This document shows, in pieces, positions 39,727 to 48,134 of a stretch of 64,000 bases of DNA (within the stretch, counting starts at the first letter, position 1; the number at the start of each line of letters is the position of its first letter). Under the pieces are notes generated by a model. It did not search any database, was not told the DNA's origin, and was given only the letters and a program-made list of their open reading frames with translations. The translations under genes were made by a program, and so were the position numbers. Source of the DNA: Candidatus Saccharimonadota bacterium. Its GTDB lineage: Bacteria > Patescibacteriota > Saccharimonadia > Saccharimonadales > Saccharimonadaceae. The stretch is from NCBI GenBank assembly GCA_002726935.1, contig PBTC01000014.1, forward strand, positions 66,218-130,217. Reading direction: 5' to 3'.

Positions 39727-39755
39727 TTGACAATAAATCAATATGCGTGTATTAT
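39727..39755 (+). promoter_or_regulatory. Sigma70-like promoter TTGACA-17-TATTAT
   Basis: Consensus -35, followed by TTCTCAAAGGTCG. Confidence 0.7.
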
Positions 39756-39921
39756 TTCTCAAAGGTCGCCTGAACCTACCTTGACCGCAAGGGTCTTGGA
39801 CCCGAGGTAAACGCAGGCAGTTCTATTGGATCGACGCCCTCCTTTTGTTAAGAAGGCTCTTTCTCAGATCAAGCGGGCAAACTGGTTAATAAAGCGCCTT
39901 CGTGGCTTAAGGAAATGCACC

Positions 39922-40632
39922 ATGCGTGTTGAACACACCTACGAATTGTCCTCTCTGGCTAAGTCGCTGAAAAAGCAGCTTGGCTTGACTAATTTCACCA
40001 ATTCCCAAATTCTCGAGGTTTTGGCCAAGGCCGCCAATTCGCCCTCGTATGGGCATATGAAGTCCGCCCAGCCAAGCAATGTGGAGTCGCCCGAGTCGGC
40101 AGCCGCCGCAGTTACCCGCTCTGCTTTGTTCCCTGCAGGCTCGGAGTACGTTAGGGCATCCGCTTGGTCCGATGATGAGGTAGTTGTGCTGGAGTTCGAT
40201 GCCAGGCCGTTCTTGTACAAAGAAGATGCGAGGCAGGTTTTTGATGCGGTGATGTCTCAACTATTTCATGAGGGTCGCACCGAATACACAGACCAAATTC
40301 ATCTCTCTGTGTTTTCTGAAACCGAGTCCTTGTCTCAATACTTGAAACTCATTCAGGGGGCAAAGAGCCGATCTGCGCCTATTGGGTTCGAGGCCGAGAT
40401 CGATGCTGTTGCAGCACTTCGGTTCCTGCGAGATTACAGGCCTTCGATCCTCGTCTGGCGCGAGCAGGATATCGCCGATTACGCACTGAATGTGCTTGAG
40501 ATCAAGGGTGAACTCTTTACTTCGTGGTCTCAAGTTTTTGGCGACGACTGTGACCAGGTTTTCAATCAAAGAAATCTGGATGCGGCAAAACTTTTGTTCG
40601 ATGCGCTTATTGAGTACGGTCAAGGCGCCTAA
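39922..40632 (+). CDS. Protein with shared N-terminal helical module
   Basis: ATG 39922 after TAAGGA; LAKSLKKQLGLTNFTNSQILEVLAKAANSPSYGHM. Confidence 0.7.
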   Translation: MRVEHTYELSSLAKSLKKQLGLTNFTNSQILEVLAKAANSPSYGHMKSAQPSNVESPESAAAAVTRSALFPAGSEYVRASAWSDDEVVVLEFDARPFLYKEDARQVFDAVMSQLFHEGRTEYTDQIHLSVFSETESLSQYLKLIQGAKSRSAPIGFEAEIDAVAALRFLRDYRPSILVWREQDIADYALNVLEIKGELFTSWSQVFGDDCDQVFNQRNLDAAKLLFDALIEYGQGA

Positions 40633-40704
40633 GTGCACGGTGAAGCCAGGGGAGCTTTCCCTGGTTAATTTAAATGCGGGATCGACCGCAAGTTGAGGTT
40701 TGCA

Positions 40705-41298
40705 ATGAGACGGTTAAATTTGAGAATTAAAAACAAAGTTTCAAACCGCCGCGAGCTGGGCGTCTTTGGCCTGGGTATCCCTTATCTCCTCGGGGCTTTT
40801 GTGATCATTGTGGTGGCGACCCTTTTTGCCACCAGACTTTATGATGCGGGGATCCCCGATCGCTGGAAAACGACGGAACAAAAGCTGGCGCCGGTCATTG
40901 ATACAGGTACCCCTTGGTTTGATAACCTTGCCTCAGGCCTGGTAGAGATGGAAGAGCAGGTGCTTAAAGAAGAGTCTAGTTTGGCTTGGCTAACGGGCAA
41001 TCATAGTTTAAGAAGCCTCTATGAGGAACGGCCTGAATTGTTTATTGTGCCGGATTCATGGCTTGAAAAGGTCGCAAAGGAATCCGCAATCCCAACGGTA
41101 GATATTTTTGCATTAAGGGCGATTGCGGCCTCAACGACTTACCTTTCGACTCGAGATGCCGCAAATTGGCTTCTGAGCGTTCACAAAAGGCTCACGTATC
41201 AAAAAGCCGGTGACGCCAAAGCGTATCAGGACGGACTAAAAGCCTTGGATCGGCGGCTTGCTAGCGATCCGCCCAATCAGAACAATGCTTCAAACTAA
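40705..41298 (+). CDS. PELF family membrane protein, copy 4
   Basis: TM + RPELFIVPDSWLEKVAKESAIP...LSTRDAANWLLSV. Confidence 0.75.
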   Translation: MRRLNLRIKNKVSNRRELGVFGLGIPYLLGAFVIIVVATLFATRLYDAGIPDRWKTTEQKLAPVIDTGTPWFDNLASGLVEMEEQVLKEESSLAWLTGNHSLRSLYEERPELFIVPDSWLEKVAKESAIPTVDIFALRAIAASTTYLSTRDAANWLLSVHKRLTYQKAGDAKAYQDGLKALDRRLASDPPNQNNASN

Positions 41299-41319
41299 AT
41301 TTCAGAATCGGAGATCATC

Positions 41320-41919
41320 ATGACGTCAGAACAATCTAGATTAACTTTTCTCATCGAGCGCTTTGGTTTTAATCGGTTTGTACTGGGGCTGCTACTGTTT
41401 TTTGGTGCGGCAACGCTGACTGTAAATGTTGTCCCGTTGGTCTACAAGGAGCTGACCTATGAGACGAATGCGAATCGATTGGGTGTCGTAATACAACGAG
41501 GTGGTCCTGAGTTGCGTGCTCGCGCGCAGCAATTAATCGATCAAGAGAAGTTCGTTTTTTTGCGAAGTGACTACTCCTGGCTACAGGAAAGCCGCGGGCT
41601 GTACAACCTTCACAAAGACAATCCGGAATTGTTTGCTGTCAACAATGACTGGTTGGTGGCGGTGGCCAATAGCAGTTATTTCTCCCATGGGGACCTGTTA
41701 AATCTGCAAGCGATGGCCCAGTCCTCCTCTTTTTTGAGTACCACGCAAGCAACTGACTGGTTGCTTTCGGTGCTAGACAAGCGAAGCGTGCCTGAGAGTC
41801 AGGCATTGGGTCTCTCAGTTTTGAACGAACGGATAACAACTGGGCTGACGAAACCGGTACCCCCTGAGGGTCAAGCACCCCTTCCTTCCTCGTCAGGCGT
41901 ACAATCAAGCGATGACTGA
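41320..41919 (+). CDS. PELF family membrane protein, copy 5
   Basis: TM + NPELFAVNNDWLVAVA...LSTTQATDWLLSV. Confidence 0.75.
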   Translation: MTSEQSRLTFLIERFGFNRFVLGLLLFFGAATLTVNVVPLVYKELTYETNANRLGVVIQRGGPELRARAQQLIDQEKFVFLRSDYSWLQESRGLYNLHKDNPELFAVNNDWLVAVANSSYFSHGDLLNLQAMAQSSSFLSTTQATDWLLSVLDKRSVPESQALGLSVLNERITTGLTKPVPPEGQAPLPSSSGVQSSDD

Positions 41920-42208
41920 CGGACTCAAAACGCTGACCAACGGTAGTAAAGGCAAGGCCTTTTCTCTAGGCCTTTCTTTCCCTTATGATTGGTCAAACCC
42001 AGATATCCCCGACGATGCGTTGATCGCAGGCGTTCTATCTCGCGAGATATTTGAGGATATTTGCATCGTTTGTTTGCATTTTGGTTTTGATCGCGTTTCC
42101 TCCGTCTTCCAGGCGATGGTTGATTGCGGGAATGTTTCTTTTGCAGTCAGCCAAATACCTCGCATGCTTCGCAATATTCAGGAGGGGTTCAATCGTGAAA
42201 ATGGATGA
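41912..42208 (+). CDS. Putative antitoxin partner of the downstream nucleotidyltransferase
   Basis: FPYDWSNPDIPDDALIAGVL; overlaps the toxin gene start. Confidence 0.6.
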   Translation: MTDGLKTLTNGSKGKAFSLGLSFPYDWSNPDIPDDALIAGVLSREIFEDICIVCLHFGFDRVSSVFQAMVDCGNVSFAVSQIPRMLRNIQEGFNRENG

Positions 42209-43001
42209 AGTGCTATCCTCGGAGGCCAAGGAGGTATTTCTTTACCTGGCCAAGCAGCCGGAGATGTCGGGCTTTTGTCTGATAGGAGGAACCGCGTTAG
42301 CTCTTCAGGTTGGGCACAGGCGAAGCCAAGATTTGGACTTCTGCCTCTTTGACAAAAAACTTAATACGCGTGCGCTCTCGTCAATGCTCAAACGAATGGA
42401 GTCCGATAGATTTAACATTCGGTTGGCGACGTCGCCGAGTTTAATTTCTTCCTCTTTGATCAATGGTGTTGATATCCTCGATTTAGCCCAGGACTACCAG
42501 ATCAACAACACGAAAGTCACCTTTTTTGCGAGATATGACGAGCCCTATCAGTTCTTCTCTGGCTTTAAAAGGAGAATTGAACCCGGGTCTTCGTTCGATG
42601 TTATGGGCCTAGAGGGCTTGTTCTCGATGAAGTCTCATGTAATCCATAAGCGTCTGGCTTCAAGAGATCTTTTTGATCTTAAGTGGTTTATTTCAAACGG
42701 ACGGCAAATTCAGGAAATTCTAGATGTTGCGCAAAAGGCCGACCTATTGTGCTCTCCTGGGCATGCGGTTAACGTGTTAACTGGCAAGGTGCCAGTCGGC
42801 CCACTGGATGAGGGCTTGGATGCTGTAGGCGTCACTGAATCACTGGAAGATATCTACGTCTTTTTCGAGGAGAAAGTTAGGGAAATGGAAACGAGCATTG
42901 CCAGGGCTATTAAGCAAGAGCGCACCTGCCAGATCTGCAAGAAATTCCCTTGTGGCTGCGGCTCTGGATTCCGTGAGTCAGGCAGTTCAGGTCCAAACTG
43001 A
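42195..43001 (+). CDS. AbiEii/AbiGii-family nucleotidyltransferase toxin
   Basis: LIGGTALALQVGHRRSQDLDF; RDLFDL. Confidence 0.8.
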   Translation: MKMDEVLSSEAKEVFLYLAKQPEMSGFCLIGGTALALQVGHRRSQDLDFCLFDKKLNTRALSSMLKRMESDRFNIRLATSPSLISSSLINGVDILDLAQDYQINNTKVTFFARYDEPYQFFSGFKRRIEPGSSFDVMGLEGLFSMKSHVIHKRLASRDLFDLKWFISNGRQIQEILDVAQKADLLCSPGHAVNVLTGKVPVGPLDEGLDAVGVTESLEDIYVFFEEKVREMETSIARAIKQERTCQICKKFPCGCGSGFRESGSSGPN

Positions 43002-43099
43002 GATCCCCCGGCCCCCAAGGGCCTTGCTTTAACGCTCTCCAGCTAGGAATCCGAGCCGTCGAGGGTAAAATTCAACTGGAAATATACTGGGGCAAGTCC

Positions 43100-43426
43100 G
43101 TGGATCTGAATAAGCAACTTCAGAAAAGATTGAAAGCGCTCATGAAACAAGAAAGGATGCTCGATTCCCAGCGGAGGGTTGCGGCAGCCAGTCAAGTGGC
43201 GCAAAGCTCGGTTAATCGAATCCTGAATAATACCCAGTCGGCAACTTTGGATATGGTGAGCAGTCTCGCCAAGGCTTTCAAAATCAAGCCGGACCGCTAT
43301 CTGTTGCTTGATGAAGAGGAAGCCAAGGTGTTAAGCCTTTTTCACGATCTTGATCCTGCACTCCAAAAACAGTGTATCGAGTGGATGGCGGCAGTTGCGA
43401 AAAAAGGATCAGACAATGGTTCTTAA
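43100..43426 (+). CDS. XRE-family HTH regulator
   Basis: SQRRVAAASQVAQSSVNRIL...ATLDMVSSLAKAF. Confidence 0.8.
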   Translation: MDLNKQLQKRLKALMKQERMLDSQRRVAAASQVAQSSVNRILNNTQSATLDMVSSLAKAFKIKPDRYLLLDEEEAKVLSLFHDLDPALQKQCIEWMAAVAKKGSDNGS

Positions 43427-43458
43427 ATATTAGTGAATTGAAGGCATCAAGAGGTTAT

Positions 43459-43503
43459 CCGTGCCACCGTAAAACCCCGCCCTTCAGGTCGGGGGGGTAT
43501 CAA
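43459..43503 (+). mobile_element. IS200/IS605-like single-hairpin mini-element/scar, copy 3
   Basis: TTAT|CCGTGCCACCGTAAAACCCCGCCCTTCAGGTCGGGGGGGTATCAA; abuts the dinG stop codon. Confidence 0.6.
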
Positions 43504-46221
43504 TTAAATTTTCTGGATATTCTTTTTTTTACCTCCGAACGGTCTTTTTACGGTTTCCACCTGATTTTTAACCAGATTTGCTGGCGGTGGTGACTTCGAC
43601 CCGGTGACAGAATCATTTTTTGTAATTGGGACCGAACGCATCTCATACTTTTGACCGGCCCTTTTGATCGTCGGGCCGACCATTTCTTTGATCAGGCCTC
43701 TGGGTAGCTGCCCGGCTTTTTGATACCCACTAAACAGTGCGCTAGACATGTTCAGAAGCGGCTTTTTGCCTTTTTCATAGATCCTGGTATCAAGATAGAA
43801 GAGTCTGCGGTTGTCCGGAAGCCCAGGTCTTCGCACCAAACGCCCTATGCCCTGCTTGAGCATCATGCCGGCTTCTTCGAGTGCCTGGATGTGTCGTGCT
43901 GCTGTCAGCCCTTTCGCTGCTGCGCTGATGCTTTGATTCAAAGCGTAAGGCGTGCGTGTAATGATCAAGTCGGTCACGAGATTGTCTTCCCCTGGCTCGA
44001 TGCTTTCGTCAGTCAGGTTAAGACCGGTCCAACAATTGCCTACGGCAATCCATACAGGTTTCTCGCCAGAGTGATAGATGTCAATGAACTGGGCTTTTAA
44101 CTCGGAAGGTCTGCGACCAACCCTCGGTTCTGAGACTAACAATCGAGCGGCTATTTCTGGCATCGCCTTACTTAGCGCTGAGGCGAGCTTTCCTGCACTC
44201 TCGTAGGAGGTCATAAGCACAAGGGTTCCACCGGCAGCGGTACTTGTTGACCATTTGCAAAATGTAACGAGATCCTTAATCCAGGCATCGGATTCTTTCG
44301 CGTCGTTTGATGGTTTTAGAATGACGTGTCCGGCGCCGAACTCACGACTGATGTCACTTGGTTTTGGAGGCATGTAGAGTGTGACCGGATCGGTGAGCCA
44401 CGTCTGTGGTGGCGCGCGCATCCCAGTGGTCTCTTCTGGGCGCAAGCCCAGTCCCGAGATAAATCTCCTTGATGACCAGGCGCCGCCTATGCTTGGCAGA
44501 AAAATTGTGGCCGAAAGTAACAGTGTGGACTCAATTCCCAGGGCAGAGAACAGCATCCGAAAATCAGACGTGTGGTTCGCGCTGCCAAAGAGGATTTGCG
44601 GATACTGGCGGATGGGAGAGTTAGAGAACAAGGCGATGTTATATCGGGCTGCGGAAAGCATCTTTTTAAACGCGTACTGGCTTCGACGCAACGACTGTGC
44701 CTCCTCATGGTTCCCATTGATTGAGAATGAAGTCATCACTGTGGCCAGATCTTCCGCACAGCTCACGACCAGGCGATCTTTCGCTGGAGGATTGGCCCAA
44801 TTCAAAAACACTTTTGCTCCCGCCTCAGGCATATTTGAGGAGGCCAGCCTGGAACAAAGAGATGACAGTTGATCAAAGAGTTTCGATGGCGTGGGCGCTC
44901 CCTCCGCGGGCTTGATGCCCTTGGCTTTCATGACTCGAGAAAACAAGGTAGGCAGACGCCTTACGGAGATCCTGATTGTATTGGCCGAGGAGAAGTTTTC
45001 CTCCAGCAAATGCGCCTCATCAATAATAAGGCGGTTAGGTAGCACCATTCGACCGACCTCGTTCACGTCAAAGAGAGAGGCGAAGATTTGATTTTTCTGA
45101 TCAATGAGCGATAGCAATTCTGAGTGTGTCAATTTCTGGCCGGCGGCGCCGATCGAGCGCGATTCTGCGTACAGGGTGCTGACCAGTGCCTTGGAGCTTT
45201 CATCCTTGGATAGGCCTATCACGCCGGCACGGACCCTTGCCATTGTCTCCAAGGCAAGGTAGTGATGGGTCATCACCACGATATCAGCGCGGTCTGCAAG
45301 GTTGAATTGGTCTTCATAAGCCAGTACTCCTGAATCGTCAGCGGGGCATTCCGTTGTGATGCAAACATCATTGTCCGCAAAGGGGAAAGAAGGCACATGC
45401 TCTAAAAAGGAACCCATTAACCAGCGTCTGCGATCTGCCCCCAAGGGCTTGTCGGCCAGGCGGTCTACCCACTGAATCGCTTGCTTTGTCCAGTCTTCGC
45501 CGCCCTTGGGCTTGCCCTCGTCCTCGATTAGGGTGAGCAATCTTGATTCTGAAACGAACTCTCTTCGACCAGATACCAGCGACATGACAAGGCCTGATTG
45601 CCTTCCGAACCTCTTGGAGTACTCTCCCATGAATTGTTTTTGTACCCCCAGAGAGGGAACGGCGATCCAGGTTCGTCGTCCCTCTTTGGCTGCAATCTTT
45701 GCAGCAGAAAGGGCCAGCAATGTTTTTCCGGATCCAGTCCCCATCTCTGCATAGAAGATCTTGTTGGAAGCCTCTTCTGGTTTGTTCCAAGCATTGGAGA
45801 CAAGCCAAGACAGGGTTTCCTTCTGTGCGGCGTTAAGGGTTAGGGAAATTTCTTTGTTCAAAGCCGGCAGTTTGCGAGAGACTTTGGAAACTTCTTCGAT
45901 GTTTTGCTTGATTGACCAATCGATTAACACACTACAGATTTGATTGGGGCTCACCGACAACGTGGCAGCGGCGAGGTTAATCGCTTCTCTTTCACATTTG
46001 CTACTGGAGACCACAATTCGACCGCTATCCAAAGGCTCAGACCAATCCAGGTCGAAGTTTGAGATCTCCTGAGCGCAAGCTTGCGGCTCGACGCACTCTA
46101 ACGTGTCTTTCAGCGCGGCAGTGCAGTACCGGCTCACCTGGATTTCGCTCTCCAGTCCTAGCTGTGTAACCAAGTAGTCAAGTGATGGCTTGCTGATGTG
46201 TGCGGAAAATATTTTTTTCAA
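43504..46221 (-). CDS. dinG: Type IV-A CasDinG helicase (Csf4)
   Basis: EMGTGSGKT Walker A, IIDEAH, LLLSATI, GGTLVLMTSY, LKQGIGRLVRR; adjacent to the csf operon. Confidence 0.93.
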   Translation of the reverse strand: MKKIFSAHISKPSLDYLVTQLGLESEIQVSRYCTAALKDTLECVEPQACAQEISNFDLDWSEPLDSGRIVVSSSKCEREAINLAAATLSVSPNQICSVLIDWSIKQNIEEVSKVSRKLPALNKEISLTLNAAQKETLSWLVSNAWNKPEEASNKIFYAEMGTGSGKTLLALSAAKIAAKEGRRTWIAVPSLGVQKQFMGEYSKRFGRQSGLVMSLVSGRREFVSESRLLTLIEDEGKPKGGEDWTKQAIQWVDRLADKPLGADRRRWLMGSFLEHVPSFPFADNDVCITTECPADDSGVLAYEDQFNLADRADIVVMTHHYLALETMARVRAGVIGLSKDESSKALVSTLYAESRSIGAAGQKLTHSELLSLIDQKNQIFASLFDVNEVGRMVLPNRLIIDEAHLLEENFSSANTIRISVRRLPTLFSRVMKAKGIKPAEGAPTPSKLFDQLSSLCSRLASSNMPEAGAKVFLNWANPPAKDRLVVSCAEDLATVMTSFSINGNHEEAQSLRRSQYAFKKMLSAARYNIALFSNSPIRQYPQILFGSANHTSDFRMLFSALGIESTLLLSATIFLPSIGGAWSSRRFISGLGLRPEETTGMRAPPQTWLTDPVTLYMPPKPSDISREFGAGHVILKPSNDAKESDAWIKDLVTFCKWSTSTAAGGTLVLMTSYESAGKLASALSKAMPEIAARLLVSEPRVGRRPSELKAQFIDIYHSGEKPVWIAVGNCWTGLNLTDESIEPGEDNLVTDLIITRTPYALNQSISAAAKGLTAARHIQALEEAGMMLKQGIGRLVRRPGLPDNRRLFYLDTRIYEKGKKPLLNMSSALFSGYQKAGQLPRGLIKEMVGPTIKRAGQKYEMRSVPITKNDSVTGSKSPPPANLVKNQVETVKRPFGGKKKNIQKI

Positions 46222-46307
46222 TTAAATCCCTTTGTAGACAAAATATTTTTATTGTTATAGGATACACGAAATAAATTTACTGTAAACATTTTATTAAGAG
46301 ACACACA

Positions 46308-47129
46308 ATGCGTCAGATAACAATAAAATGGCGGCTCTCAGAGCATATGAACGCCGGAGATTTTCGTAAACGATTGCGCTCTGTTAATGGAGTTGAGCTT
46401 CCAAAATTACTTTTCTGGCATGACGAAAGCGGCCAAACTGTGCGCTGCGGTCACACCAGAACCCAGCCGGGTGATGCGTCCGCTGTAGAAAAAAAGCGAG
46501 ATCGTATTGATAATTCCGCTCGCAAGCGTGGGCCTCGCACCGAGGCCGCCCTCCTGGACGATTCGCGCGCTAGCGATGACGCCATGCCTACCATCCGTTT
46601 TTTCCACTCCAAGTCTTTTGTCGGAATCCATTTCTTGGGTTCAGAGATGATCGATTTTGCGAGCCAGAATATTGCTCTGCTGATCGACTCGGCGCGCCAG
46701 GTACTGGGGCCGGTGGAGTTCGAGGTTCAAGAACCGGATTTGGATATGAAATCCAGATTGACCCCTCGTACGTACTTTATCCCAAGCTTGGCTCTTAGAA
46801 ATCCTTCGTTTGAGTTCATCTCTGTGGAGCAGTATTGCGAGCGCATTATTCAGCAGGATCTGCGCCGCCAGGCTGCCATTCTTGGCATCGATGCCCCGGA
46901 TAACCTGTATGTACGCATCACCAGCATCGGGGACCCCGGCACACACTGGGTGCGTACCAATTCAGGTCAAAAGACGGGCGGAGCTTTGCGCCTGAAGGAC
47001 GTTAAGTTCATCACCAATGCCGACTTGAAAGGATCCTGGTCCGCGGGCTCACTAATTAGCAAGGGTTTTGGCTCAATCTTGAATCCAGCGGCCGCGTCGG
47101 CGATGTCATTGCGGGGTTCAAATGAGTGA
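46308..47129 (+). CDS. csf5: Type IV Cas6-like endoribonuclease Csf5
   Basis: C-terminal G-rich loop GSWSAGSLISKGFGSI; first gene of the operon. Confidence 0.8.
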   Translation: MRQITIKWRLSEHMNAGDFRKRLRSVNGVELPKLLFWHDESGQTVRCGHTRTQPGDASAVEKKRDRIDNSARKRGPRTEAALLDDSRASDDAMPTIRFFHSKSFVGIHFLGSEMIDFASQNIALLIDSARQVLGPVEFEVQEPDLDMKSRLTPRTYFIPSLALRNPSFEFISVEQYCERIIQQDLRRQAAILGIDAPDNLYVRITSIGDPGTHWVRTNSGQKTGGALRLKDVKFITNADLKGSWSAGSLISKGFGSILNPAAASAMSLRGSNE

Positions 47130-48057
47130 CTTGACCATTGAGACAGCCCCCTACCTTTTGGGCAAGTTTTACAGCCAGTTTCCGCAGCTCGATTTGGAGC
47201 CGATATACAAAGAGGGTCGCCCCTCCCCACGGGACACACGGTGTGTTAGCTGTGCAAAACCAATCGCCGCGGGCGCGATAATGCACACCACCGATTTTCT
47301 GGGGGATAGTTTCGGGGATGCAGCATTTTTGAAGCCTTTCTCGGCTCAGCGCGGGTGCTTGTGCACCGATTGCAAGATTGCGATTGCGTTTTTCCCTTCA
47401 ACTATGCAGTTTTCTTACGCAGCGCTTGGGTCAGACCCTGAGGGCACAGGAAAGCTTGTTTCCTACAAAGTTTTCGGCATTGATGACTACATGGCTGCTG
47501 TGTATAACCCCCTGCCCGCCCCTTTTGTGCTGGCTCGCAAGGAGCGTAAAAAACAGCACATGATCTGGAAGGCCCGAGTTAACCACCATGATGTTCGGGA
47601 AGAGGACCTGTTGTTTTTTACCTCTGGAGACACTTCTTTGTGCGCACATCCTCAGAGGGTTCTGGAGGTGGCTTGCAAAGAGCAGGAGCTTTTGACCCAG
47701 GCCGCAGAGATCCATTCTGTGGGCGCAAAAAAGAAAGTACGCTTGCTCAAAGAGATCGTCCGACTGTCCGCAATGAAAGCAAACCTTTGCGCGCCCACTC
47801 TAGTTTTCAATGACTACCGCGCCTTAGCCTATGGAATCCAGGATGAGGCACTGCTCTCGCGTCTTGACGAGTTTTGCGAGGTGGTCCGCTCCTTTAGCAG
47901 CGGAGACAAGCACCTCTTTGCACACTTGAGGTTTCTGGGGACCCTAAAGAAGACGACTGACTTCAAAGCATTAATTGGTTCTCTCAAACCACGCGAAGTG
48001 GACATGCAAGCAATTATTTACGGCAAGCCCCCAGTAGAACCCGGTGTAGGTGATTAA
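47122..48057 (+). CDS. csf1: Type IV large subunit Csf1 (Cas8-like)
   Basis: CVSC...CTDC zinc finger; PAPFVL...KQHMIWKARVN. Confidence 0.85.
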   Translation: MSDLTIETAPYLLGKFYSQFPQLDLEPIYKEGRPSPRDTRCVSCAKPIAAGAIMHTTDFLGDSFGDAAFLKPFSAQRGCLCTDCKIAIAFFPSTMQFSYAALGSDPEGTGKLVSYKVFGIDDYMAAVYNPLPAPFVLARKERKKQHMIWKARVNHHDVREEDLLFFTSGDTSLCAHPQRVLEVACKEQELLTQAAEIHSVGAKKKVRLLKEIVRLSAMKANLCAPTLVFNDYRALAYGIQDEALLSRLDEFCEVVRSFSSGDKHLFAHLRFLGTLKKTTDFKALIGSLKPREVDMQAIIYGKPPVEPGVGD

Positions 48058-48134
48058 CCCCAAATCCAAGCGCAGGGCACCGGTAGCTCCGGTGTCACAC
48101 GAAACCATACAGACAGAAACACAAGGAGAACACC

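Noticed and set aside
43090-43099. Self-targeting by spacer 11 (GGGCAAGTCC match upstream of the XRE gene)
   Set aside because: Only 10 nt match, expected by chance; no convincing self-target was found by eye, but a computed search is needed
27956-43503. Intact IS605/TnpB or IscB element
   Set aside because: No Y1 transposase or RuvC nuclease ORF lies next to any of the three hairpin motifs
43504-43800. DinG-HNH nuclease fusion
   Set aside because: The C-terminal tail after motif VI has no CxxC or HNH pattern; it is a basic low-complexity segment
48058-48134. Solo CRISPR repeat between csf1 and csf2 (CAGGGCA next to a hairpin)
   Set aside because: Only the 3' half-stem matches, with no GCCCTG partner or ATGAAAG; probably an ordinary intercistronic hairpin
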